Of a stretch of 64,000 nucleotides of DNA, positions 9,339 to 17,629 are shown piece by piece (the first letter of the stretch is position 1; the number at the start of each line of letters is the position of its first letter). A program made the translations under genes and the position numbers. The stretch spans positions 6,090-70,089 of the IMG/VR virus record IMGVR_UViG_3300018422_000003, one strand, 5' to 3'. The notes under the pieces are model-generated. The model was not told where the DNA came from. It saw only the letters and a program-made list of their open reading frames with translations, and did not search any database. This DNA is from a virus.

Positions 9339-9715
9339 GCGAGAAATTCATTTTGATTGTCGACACGGCGCCACGCACGCGCAAGCAAACGTTGTACCTC
9401 GGCAAACGTGACGACGGCTATCCATACCCGAGGTATGAGACGCAAGCAAAGGTTTCCTACGAGAAGGATGCCGTTGAGCGGGTGACCTATCTAAACGCGC
9501 GGGACACGGAGGACCCGCCGTCCGACGAGGCAGAGAAGAAGTTTTACTACACAAGTGTCGTGGATCGAACGACGTTGCGCGGGATCACTTTCGGCGCGCA
9601 TGAGCGGCGCTTTGACGCGGACGTCGAGCAGGAGTACCTCGCCTCGGTGCTCTTGTTTGTGCAGGCTGACGAACGTTATTTCGCAACGGTTGAATCCAAG
9701 GAGCGCAAGTCATGA
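9335..9715 (+). CDS. Early hypothetical protein
   Basis: GTGA coupling, GGAGG SD. Confidence 0.65.
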   Translation: MSEKFILIVDTAPRTRKQTLYLGKRDDGYPYPRYETQAKVSYEKDAVERVTYLNARDTEDPPSDEAEKKFYYTSVVDRTTLRGITFGAHERRFDADVEQEYLASVLLFVQADERYFATVESKERKS

Positions 9716-9927
9716 CCGCCAAGAGGCAGCACGTCGTTATGCTGTTCCGCTTCGGCGGCATCCGTCAGGCCTACAAGTTTCGCGACACGGTCATGAGCGC
9801 GGGCGTACCAGCCGAGGCCGGGTATCAGACCGCCGCCGGGGGCTGGTACGTCAAAACCGATTCGCGCTGCCTGCAGCATGCCACGGATCTTCACAAGCTG
9901 ATTTACAACAAGGAGGCCGCCAATTGA
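9712..9927 (+). CDS. Small early protein
   Basis: ATGA coupling, AAGGAG SD. Confidence 0.65.
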   Translation: MTAKRQHVVMLFRFGGIRQAYKFRDTVMSAGVPAEAGYQTAAGGWYVKTDSRCLQHATDLHKLIYNKEAAN

Positions 9928-10298
9928 AACAGTGCGAGTACGGAATTCTCGGCGAGCTGCTCGACAAGGGCGTGCAGCGCTTCAACATGCAATCGGGGGC
10001 CGAGCCGGTCCCTTACCCGACCTTCGAGCTGCGTGACCAGCAGGGGCTGAGCTGCAGCGAATGCGACCTTCGCTGGTCCGGCAAAGAGCCGCCGCCGCTG
10101 ATCGGCGCGCGCGTCGCTGTTCCGATGAACAGCCTCGGCGCGGGAGTTGTCCTTACCTATTTTTTCGAGTACGGCTGGCTCGGCGTAACGGTCCTGCTCG
10201 ATGAGGCGACGCGGCCTGACTGGCACAGGAAGCAGCGCGGATCGGACCGCCGCGCCCATGTATTCGGGAATGAGATCCGCCGGGAGGAGGCCGCCTGA
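9924..10298 (+). CDS. Early hypothetical protein
   Basis: TTGA coupling, AAGGAGG SD. Confidence 0.6.
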   Translation: MKQCEYGILGELLDKGVQRFNMQSGAEPVPYPTFELRDQQGLSCSECDLRWSGKEPPPLIGARVAVPMNSLGAGVVLTYFFEYGWLGVTVLLDEATRPDWHRKQRGSDRRAHVFGNEIRREEAA

Positions 10299-10302
10299 TC
10301 GT

Positions 10303-10746
10303 ATGTGGCTTTTTACACGCCTCGGCTTCTTCTCGATTGGGATCGCGAACCGGAGCAACGGCAGCCCCGATCCTACGCGCGTGATGATTCGCGCTCGTGA
10401 CAAAGCGCATCTGATCGCGCTCAGGGATCGATTCCCTGCCCTGCGAGGCCGCATCCTGACGCGCCCGCTCCAGGACTACCGCTACCGCCTGATTGCCGAT
10501 AAGAGGCAATGGGCGCTTTGCGTGGCGGCGCTGGCCCGCGAGCAGACGTGGTCCAACTTCAAAAACGAGGCCAAGCGTTTTCGTCCGCAGGATGCCGCGT
10601 ATCTCGACGCGCTCCATGAGATCTGGCGCGTGATGTACCGCCTGCAGAATCCGCCGCCGCCGCCGCCGCCTCAGCTTGACTTTGCCGGGCTTGGCGAAGA
10701 AGACATAGACGACGGGGAATGGTGGCAGCCCGGAATAGATCAGTAG
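10303..10746 (+). CDS. Conserved phage hypothetical protein
   Basis: MWLFTRLGFFSI...RAR...DYRYR...NFK...ALHEIW pattern; GGAGG SD. Confidence 0.7.
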   Translation: MWLFTRLGFFSIGIANRSNGSPDPTRVMIRARDKAHLIALRDRFPALRGRILTRPLQDYRYRLIADKRQWALCVAALAREQTWSNFKNEAKRFRPQDAAYLDALHEIWRVMYRLQNPPPPPPPQLDFAGLGEEDIDDGEWWQPGIDQ

Positions 10747-10821
10747 TACCGCTGTAACTACGCACGTTGACCGAGACGGTTGGGAAGCCGTCCGGCCGAT
10801 TAAAAAGGGGGATTCCAAAAA

Positions 10822-11310
10822 ATGCTACGCGATAAGTGGGCGTCGCCTGACGGCGCTCGCACGTGGTACGTCGGAGTGTGGACAGACGGAGCGCGCGCCC
10901 GGCTGCTGCGATCGGAGAAGAAAGAAGCCGAGCCGTGGCATGCGCCCGATGCGCGGGCCGCTGACATCCGGGCCTTCCTCGGTGAGCACGCGGCCCGGCT
11001 GAAACCGGAGCTGCTGACCGCGCTCCGCCGGGCGCTGGTGACGACGACATTTCTCGAGTCCATATCGACCACGATGATTAAGGCCGTGGCCTGGGGGAGG
11101 ATGACGATCGTCGGGCCGGGCGGCCGAGGTACGCGCCACATCGAGCGCCGGTCCGCTTCCTGGTTCGTCGACGGCGCTGCCGGGTATCGCACGCTTGAGG
11201 ATGCCGTCGTATCCGCCGTCTGGTCGCTCGATCCGGGGCGGATTGCGGTGTATCTCACGGCTGAGCGCACGAACGGCCTTTGGGTCGATTGGGAGGGAAA
11301 AGGCGAGTAA
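10822..11310 (+). CDS. Early hypothetical protein
   Basis: AAGGGGG SD; operon context. Confidence 0.6.
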   Translation: MLRDKWASPDGARTWYVGVWTDGARARLLRSEKKEAEPWHAPDARAADIRAFLGEHAARLKPELLTALRRALVTTTFLESISTTMIKAVAWGRMTIVGPGGRGTRHIERRSASWFVDGAAGYRTLEDAVVSAVWSLDPGRIAVYLTAERTNGLWVDWEGKGE

Positions 11311-11316
11311 AACGTC

Positions 11317-11345
11317 TTGACAGATTCACGTTAATCTGTCACACT
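11317..11345 (+). promoter_or_regulatory. Early promoter/operator copy 2
   Basis: TTGACAGATTCACGTTAATCTGTCA; TTGACA-17-CACACT. Confidence 0.8.
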
Positions 11346-11352
11346 TCAGTCC

Positions 11353-11685
11353 ATGAGTATGACACTGCGAATCGATGACAAGGGCGGGCTGATCGCCGTC
11401 GAAGAAGGAAAGGTAGAGACGGTATTCGGCCCGGCCGCCTCATCGAGGCTGACCGCCTTCTGGAGCGTCCGCGTGCAGCCGGGCTTTGTAGCCGCGCCCG
11501 AGCCGAAGAAGCCAGCCAAGCGGTACTCGATCTTCATCGGCGGAAAGCACGCCTTCGATTCGCACAACGCCATCGGCGAGCGCGTGAAGATCCTGCTCAT
11601 GCGGTCAGGCGGAAAGATCGCCATCGAAGTGCTCGACCACGAAACAGGCGTACGCGCCAAGGTCACATTCAAAGGGAAGGTATAG
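11353..11685 (+). CDS. Early hypothetical protein (possibly leaderless)
   Basis: ATG 7 nt after the -10 box, no SD. Confidence 0.65.
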   Translation: MSMTLRIDDKGGLIAVEEGKVETVFGPAASSRLTAFWSVRVQPGFVAAPEPKKPAKRYSIFIGGKHAFDSHNAIGERVKILLMRSGGKIAIEVLDHETGVRAKVTFKGKV

Positions 11686-11688
11686 GGA

Positions 11689-12369
11689 ATGAAAAAGGGA
11701 TTTCTGAAAAACACAGCGGCGAAGCCTGCCGCCAAGAAGAAGGCGCTGAGCGCTGCCAAGACGAAGGAGGCCGCCATCGTTGGGAAGACGAAGGCGGTCC
11801 CTGCCGCCGCCGGGAAGAAGAAGACGAGCGAGCTGCTGCGCGAAAAGCGCGAGAAGGCGCATCCCGGTAAGAACTTCCGCAAGGCCGACGTGAAGAAAGC
11901 CGGGAAGAAGAAAACGGCCGCAGCGATCATTGACGAAAAGCTGGCGGTGATTGAGGCGCGCGGCACGGTCGCGCCAGAGGACTTGTCCGGTGTGGATATG
12001 ACTCCCGACGACGAGGTATTCAGCGTGCCGTTTGCCGAGGACATGGGCGTCTCCGATTACACCGCCGCCGATCCGAAAGTTGTCGCAGCGCCTGCGGGCG
12101 TAACCAAAAGCGCAGGCGGTCAGCAGCGCCTCGACGGATTCAGCTTCGCTCAGATCTGCCGCTGGATGGGCCGTGAGAACTTCACCGAGAAGCAGGCGAT
12201 CGCGGCGCTTGAAGGCGCCGGACTGGCGGTCGTCAGCAAACCGGGCGTGCGCGGCTCGCTTGGCGCCGGGCGGCTGACATCCCCCCGCTATGACGCCTCG
12301 GCCATCCCGGCGCTACCTGACGCCTTGGCGGCCCGCCTGCGGGCATACCTGCCAAGTAAGGGGATCTGA
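11689..12369 (+). CDS. Protein with histone H1-like Lys/Ala-rich N-terminus
   Basis: AAKPAAKKKA...KKAGKKK N-terminus, acidic middle, globular C-terminus. Confidence 0.7.
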   Translation: MKKGFLKNTAAKPAAKKKALSAAKTKEAAIVGKTKAVPAAAGKKKTSELLREKREKAHPGKNFRKADVKKAGKKKTAAAIIDEKLAVIEARGTVAPEDLSGVDMTPDDEVFSVPFAEDMGVSDYTAADPKVVAAPAGVTKSAGGQQRLDGFSFAQICRWMGRENFTEKQAIAALEGAGLAVVSKPGVRGSLGAGRLTSPRYDASAIPALPDALAARLRAYLPSKGI

Positions 12370-12373
12370 TTAA

Positions 12374-12586
12374 ATGCTGATTGTTATTATTGCCGCCGCC
12401 GCCGCTCTGCTGCTGTTTATTTTCGGAGGCTTCGTGCTCGGAACGATGCGGGCGATTGATGAAGAGGAGGGCCGTTATCCGTATCCGAAGCGCATGCGTT
12501 TCTATCCTGCTGCGCCGCGCCGCCCGGGCGCGGATCTCAGCAGCAGCGGCTTCAGGATTTGGCGCTGGCTTTGGCTTTGGCGCTGA
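12374..12586 (+). CDS. Small single-pass membrane protein
   Basis: Hydrophobic N-terminal helix; last gene before terminator. Confidence 0.6.
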   Translation: MLIVIIAAAAALLLFIFGGFVLGTMRAIDEEEGRYPYPKRMRFYPAAPRRPGADLSSSGFRIWRWLWLWR

Positions 12587-12605
12587 GCGATCCCGAGCGA
12601 AATAC

Positions 12606-12648
12606 AAAAAGGGCGGTGAGGCCGTGAGGCTTTCCCGCCCTTTTTTTT
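12606..12648. terminator. Bidirectional terminator between early and tail operons
   Basis: AAAAAGGGCGG...CCGCCCTTTTTTTT between convergent genes. Confidence 0.85.
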
Positions 12649-12653
12649 ATTGT

Positions 12654-12977
12654 TTATCCGCCCGCGAAAATATCGACCGTGACGTTCACGACGTACTCAA
12701 TATCGCTATCGCTCACGTTGTCCTGACTCACTGGCGTCGTCGATGTGTAGGCCGCCTGGATCGTACCGTTGCCCGCCACCGCCCAGGAGAAGGACGGGCT
12801 GTACGATTGCGGCTGCTGAATCGCTTGGCCCGCCCACTTGGTCCGGTTGCGATGATTGGCCGTCTCGCTAGACTCCGCGCCGATGACATACTGAGCCGTC
12901 TTGGCGATCGCCGCCTCAACGCGTTTGATGAGCGTCGGATCGTTCCGTAATTCGTATTGTTCGAGTAAAGTTGCCAT
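12654..12977 (-). CDS. Small tail-fibre-associated protein
   Basis: MATLLEQYELRNDP...; TAATG coupling; last gene of tail operon. Confidence 0.6.
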   Translation of the reverse strand: MATLLEQYELRNDPTLIKRVEAAIAKTAQYVIGAESSETANHRNRTKWAGQAIQQPQSYSPSFSWAVAGNGTIQAAYTSTTPVSQDNVSDSDIEYVVNVTVDIFAGG

Positions 12978-13144
12978 TACTTCAAAACTATAAGGTGTTC
13001 CGGCGCGTCGGCGGCGGCCACGTACAGATTCGGCTCCGGCCGCGGATACGAATTCTCTTCGGCCGCAATCGCCAGAGCAGCGCGCCGCGCAACCCAAAAC
13101 ATTATTAAAAATAAAGGTATTAGAGCCGCCGCAATTGAAATCAT
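12977..13144 (-). CDS. Small single-pass membrane protein
   Basis: MISIAAALIPLFLIMFWV; TAATG-coupled on both sides. Confidence 0.55.
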   Translation of the reverse strand: MISIAAALIPLFLIMFWVARRAALAIAAEENSYPRPEPNLYVAAADAPEHLIVLK

Positions 13145-14370
13145 TACGCCGCTCCCATCACGGTCACTGTGCCGGATGCGCCTTTCCATTTCAGCGCGCC
13201 CGCCTCAACGTACAGATAGCCGCCGCCTGGGTTGGGCGTTGGCGGCACGGAAGAGGCGTTAAAGAACTCATGTGCGCCCGTCGCATGGAAAATAATCCTA
13301 CCGATGCTGTTTGTCAGCAGCGCAAGAGAGTGGTTGCTGTACGTCCCTATAAGTGATCCGCCAGACGAAGCGCCGAGTTGGAAGAGAACTCCATTGGTAG
13401 TGTCGTCGCAGCGAATGACGCTTTGAGATCCGCCCGCTAAGTGTAGCTTTTGCGCTGGATTGAAAAAGGACCCGCTGCCCGCGATGGCCACGCCTGAAGG
13501 CGTTATGTTTACAACGTGCGCGCCGCCCGGATTGAAATGGAAACCGGAATACAACGGCTGATACCCGGTGAACTTCAGGATGCCATCCACCGAGTCCCGG
13601 TAGATGTCATAGACCTCGTTCGCGCCCGCAGCGTCGATGCGGATACCGGACGCCGGACCTCCCACGCCGCCCCGGATGTGCAGCTTGGTTTGAGGATAGA
13701 CGCCGACTCCGACACAGCCGTCGTGGCGCATGTGCATCGCCAGCGAGAGCGATCCCGTTGACGTGGTCCGATCATAGAGGCCCACATAAAACGACAACTC
13801 GCCGCGAGCGCTTCCGCCGTCCAATCCCTGCCGGATCACCGCGCGTGTTGAGCCGCCGCCAGAGAATGCAATCTCCGCCTCTTCGGTGAACGTCGCACCC
13901 GAGTTGTTCAAGAAAATCGACGGCCCGACGCCGCCCGTATTCGCTTGATAGATCTGAAGCGAGCCTGTCGGAGCCACTCCGCCGGGCATAGCGCCCAACG
14001 TCAGCACGCTGGACGTGGCGTCGAGCGTCATCAGGTTGGTTTCATTTGGACCGGAGGCTAAGCCGTTATCCGACCGCCGCCAATAAAAACCATGAATCCC
14101 GGCTTTGACATAACTCGCAAGGTGCGTCGATTCGTTCTCAATATATTTAAGCGAGGCCCCGGTGAAGCGCAAATTGCTGCCCACGCTCAAAATCCCGCTG
14201 GCGGCTATCGTCGTCACGCCCGCGAGCGCGCCGACGTTGGTGAATCCGACCAGATTCGCATTGACCGCGTCGCCGCCGATCGGATAGGTGTGGTGCTGAT
14301 TCGTCACCGCCGCATAATGCGTCTCGCTTAATGTGTCGCCGTCCGCTAATGGTGCAATCCAATTTGCCAT
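13144..14370 (-). CDS. Tail fibre protein
   Basis: Gly-rich; GxVGVG...PQTKLHI and PAQKLHL fibre repeats; C-terminal GGGYLYVEAGALKWKG. Confidence 0.75.
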   Translation of the reverse strand: MANWIAPLADGDTLSETHYAAVTNQHHTYPIGGDAVNANLVGFTNVGALAGVTTIAASGILSVGSNLRFTGASLKYIENESTHLASYVKAGIHGFYWRRSDNGLASGPNETNLMTLDATSSVLTLGAMPGGVAPTGSLQIYQANTGGVGPSIFLNNSGATFTEEAEIAFSGGGSTRAVIRQGLDGGSARGELSFYVGLYDRTTSTGSLSLAMHMRHDGCVGVGVYPQTKLHIRGGVGGPASGIRIDAAGANEVYDIYRDSVDGILKFTGYQPLYSGFHFNPGGAHVVNITPSGVAIAGSGSFFNPAQKLHLAGGSQSVIRCDDTTNGVLFQLGASSGGSLIGTYSNHSLALLTNSIGRIIFHATGAHEFFNASSVPPTPNPGGGYLYVEAGALKWKGASGTVTVMGAA

Positions 14371-14429
14371 AAGAAAAATCCTAAATCGCTCGCTTTCCCT
14401 GCATTGTCGAGTTATGCTCGACGAGCCTT

Positions 14430-14807
14430 ATGAAACAATTCCTTTTAACCGCTCTAATTTCCGCCGCCATCGCGGCCGCCGAAGTCCCGCTGAATCAGGA
14501 AGTCGTCCGCGGCGATTACAAAATCAAGGCCGTGTCCGTCGATCAGCTCCCGCTGTCCAACCCGGAATATACTGGCGGGCCGGGCCTGTTCGTTTACGTC
14601 GGAACAACCCGATGGCTGCCGGATATCGAAACATTCGACGTCACCGTATCCGTCCGCCTGCGCGATGGCCGCTCCGTGACGCGCACGCAATCCGTGCCCC
14701 GCCGCGCTCTTTTGTGGCAGACCTTCTACTTCAAAGTAGGCGCCGTCGAGACTGTCTCGGCCGTGTCCATTCAGGCCACCGCTTTCCCCACCACGACGGA
14801 TTTCTAG
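14430..14807 (+). CDS. Secreted protein (Sec signal), antisense moron in tail operon
   Basis: MKQFLLTALISAAIAAA signal peptide; beta-rich mature part. Confidence 0.7.
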   Translation: MKQFLLTALISAAIAAAEVPLNQEVVRGDYKIKAVSVDQLPLSNPEYTGGPGLFVYVGTTRWLPDIETFDVTVSVRLRDGRSVTRTQSVPRRALLWQTFYFKVGAVETVSAVSIQATAFPTTTDF

Positions 14808-14818
14808 CCGCCCGCTCA

Positions 14819-17629
14819 TCATCCGATCAGCCGATGGTGCGAGTACAGATCGTTAATGAGCGCGTACACTCGCTCGGCTAACTGCGCCAGCGTGACCGTG
14901 CCGGTATTAAAGCTGGTTCGCGTTGGCGTGCCCGAGGGAAGGCTCCAGCCGGTCGCCATGCTGGTCAGTATTTGCGGCACGGCGAAGCCAGTCCCGATCG
15001 AGATCCCGCTCGACGAAATAATGCACCGCTGGCCCGACGTGCTCGACGTCGCATAGGAAGCCAGCCCGTTCTCCGTCATTTGCGAATACTGCCCGGTGCC
15101 GACGCCCGCCTGCACTTTCATCCGGTCCGTGCCGTTGATCGTAATGTTGTAGCCGGAGCCGGTTAGTACCATCGCAACGCCGATGAGCGTGCCGCCCGAG
15201 GTCACTTGCGTGGCCAGGATTGAGCCGCTGAAAATCGCATTGCCGAGCGAATCGCAGTAGATTTGAGCGTTCGCCGGGCTGGTACCGCCGATATAAAATT
15301 CCTTGCACCAGCCGCCGACGATGGCTCCGTTTGCGCCCATCCATCCGACCAGCACATTTGCTGAGCCGTTCCACTTGTAGCAATACACGCCCGTCGCGCC
15401 GCTGTTGTTATACGTCCCGACGTTGAACGTTCCGCTCGTCATCGAGGTCGCGCCCACGTTGCCGGAGAAGTAAGCGTTTCCCGATCCGTCGACATACACC
15501 TTGGCGTTGGCCGGGCTGGTGCCTCCGACGTAGAATTCCTTCATCCAGCCGCCGATAATTACGCCGTTGGTGCCGACCCATCCGACGAGCGATCCGCCGT
15601 TATAGACGCCCATGTAAGAGGGCGATCCGGCGGTCGCGTTGCCCACCCGGAGAATGCCGGTGTTGATGATATTCGCCGAGATGTTATCGACTTCAAGGCC
15701 CGACGCGGTCTGCGTGAATTGGCCGCCGTACTTCAGCTTGAAGATGCCGCTGGGCGTCGTGAATAGCTGCGGATCGTAGGAGCCTGACACGAGGGAGCCG
15801 AGCCGCACGGCGACCTGCTGAAACACGCCGCCCGAGTTGCCGAAGACGGCCGCGTCGTACGAGCCCGCGAGCGCTTTGCCCATCGGCACACCATTGAGCG
15901 TGATCCCGCCTGGGCCGATGCCGATCTCCGTTGAGTCGTTGACCCTCAGCGAGAACTTCCCGGCTGAGTTGTAGTACACGTTGCCGTCGATCTTACCCGG
16001 ATTGAATCGCGTCGGGTTGAGCCCGCCTGCTGTTTGATATGTGACGGGCAGCGGACCGACGCTTGGGATCGGCGAGGCCAGCGTGCCGTTGCCGTTCACG
16101 CGGTTCGTGAAGTCACGGCCCGGAAACCAGACAGTGAATGTCGTCGGGTTATGGATCGACCAGGAGTCGGTGTATTGCCATACGCCCGGGTCCGGATTGC
16201 GGCCCGGCTGACCGAGCGGAATCTGCCGCCCGCTGCCATCGACCGCGACGGGTGTGCAGCCCGAGAAGCGCGGATCATCGGGCGGTGTGTAGCGGAAGCG
16301 GAAGCCGTAATTCTCGATGCCGTCTCCGTCCGGATCGCCGGTCGGGTATACGATCTCGCATTCAACCGACGTCGGGTTGTCGCAGTAGTCTACTCCGCTC
16401 GCGCCCTTCCAATCGGGGATGGCCGCGACCGCCGTGGGCGATGTGCCGGGGACCTGCGGATCCGGCCACTTCACTTCGCCGTCGATGCCGACGCTGACCG
16501 CGACGCAATCCCAATCGACCGCTCCCTCGGGATAAAACTCCTGCGCGATGTAGGCCTTCGAGCCGGGATCTTCCGCCGTGCTGCGGCCGGGGCTGTTGAC
16601 ATGCACCCACGTCGTGTCCGGCTTCACACGGAGCTGGATGTGACTAAAGTTAGTTGCATCCGCCGGCAGATCAAAGTACGGCGCCAGGATGAGAACCGGT
16701 TCGCCGGTCTGCGGATGATAACCGAAGCCAGCGATCACGCTGAAGTTTTGGACGTCGTTGAGCGCCGGGTATTCCGGTGTGGTGTATGGCTTCTCGGGCG
16801 TGACGTTGAGCGCATACGTGTTTGTATCGCCCGCCTGATTCTGCGAATGGACGCGCACCGAGCCGCTCGCCTGCTCCCGCGGTACGGGCCGGTAATCGGT
16901 AACAAAGAGCTGCGCGCCCTTGCCCACCCGGTGGCGAGTCCCCTTCCCGTCCGTGTCGATGATTTCGACCTCGACCGAGTTGAAGTCCTTGTAGCGATCC
17001 GGGGCGTCCGCCTCAACCGGATCGGTCCAGGCCGCCTGCAGTTTGTACTGCCACTGCGCGCTGACCCAATCCGGACCGAGCACCGTTACCACCAGATCGC
17101 GAACGCGCGGCGCGTATTCTTCGCCAATGCCGAACCGCTCCAGCGGCTCAACAGTGACCAGCGCCGAGGGCGTCGGGGTTTCAGGCGACGGGCCGACCAG
17201 CACGGTCACTGGCGCGAACGGTACGTCATAGCTGCCGCTATAGGGCGCAAGGTAACACCGCCATTGCTGCGACGCGCCAGGCAGAGGCTGATCGGGAAAG
17301 GTGACGATCACGAAACCGCTGTCGTCGAGATTCTGGTCCGAGTAATCGAACTTGCCCATGTCGACGGCTTTCTTGTTTACGCTGCTTTCGCCGACCACCA
17401 GCTCGCCGATCCGCTGCCCGTAGGAGGGCGCGTGGTGCGCCGGAGCTTCGAGATAGCCGTGGGCGCCTTTGAAGCCGTTGGGCGTGACAGGAGGCTTGTA
17501 TTTCACGCGCACGCGGGCCTTCCCGCCGACTTGCTCAGCCGTGGCGCTGAGATCGGTCGGGTTGCCGGGGATCAGCTCCGGAGCGCCGGTCATCACGCGC
17601 GGGCCGGACTGTACGGTACGCTTTGCCAT
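14819..17629 (-). CDS. Tail fibre / host-specificity protein
   Basis: Ig/FN3-like beta-rich N-terminal half; ISANIINTGIL fibre motif; duplicated GGWxKEFYxGGTSPANA module. Confidence 0.7.
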   Translation of the reverse strand: MAKRTVQSGPRVMTGAPELIPGNPTDLSATAEQVGGKARVRVKYKPPVTPNGFKGAHGYLEAPAHHAPSYGQRIGELVVGESSVNKKAVDMGKFDYSDQNLDDSGFVIVTFPDQPLPGASQQWRCYLAPYSGSYDVPFAPVTVLVGPSPETPTPSALVTVEPLERFGIGEEYAPRVRDLVVTVLGPDWVSAQWQYKLQAAWTDPVEADAPDRYKDFNSVEVEIIDTDGKGTRHRVGKGAQLFVTDYRPVPREQASGSVRVHSQNQAGDTNTYALNVTPEKPYTTPEYPALNDVQNFSVIAGFGYHPQTGEPVLILAPYFDLPADATNFSHIQLRVKPDTTWVHVNSPGRSTAEDPGSKAYIAQEFYPEGAVDWDCVAVSVGIDGEVKWPDPQVPGTSPTAVAAIPDWKGASGVDYCDNPTSVECEIVYPTGDPDGDGIENYGFRFRYTPPDDPRFSGCTPVAVDGSGRQIPLGQPGRNPDPGVWQYTDSWSIHNPTTFTVWFPGRDFTNRVNGNGTLASPIPSVGPLPVTYQTAGGLNPTRFNPGKIDGNVYYNSAGKFSLRVNDSTEIGIGPGGITLNGVPMGKALAGSYDAAVFGNSGGVFQQVAVRLGSLVSGSYDPQLFTTPSGIFKLKYGGQFTQTASGLEVDNISANIINTGILRVGNATAGSPSYMGVYNGGSLVGWVGTNGVIIGGWMKEFYVGGTSPANAKVYVDGSGNAYFSGNVGATSMTSGTFNVGTYNNSGATGVYCYKWNGSANVLVGWMGANGAIVGGWCKEFYIGGTSPANAQIYCDSLGNAIFSGSILATQVTSGGTLIGVAMVLTGSGYNITINGTDRMKVQAGVGTGQYSQMTENGLASYATSSTSGQRCIISSSGISIGTGFAVPQILTSMATGWSLPSGTPTRTSFNTGTVTLAQLAERVYALINDLYSHHRLIG

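Noticed and set aside
15230-15610. DGR template/variable repeat in the fibre gene
   Set aside because: In-frame domain duplication; no adenine-specific pattern noticed; no reverse transcriptase in window
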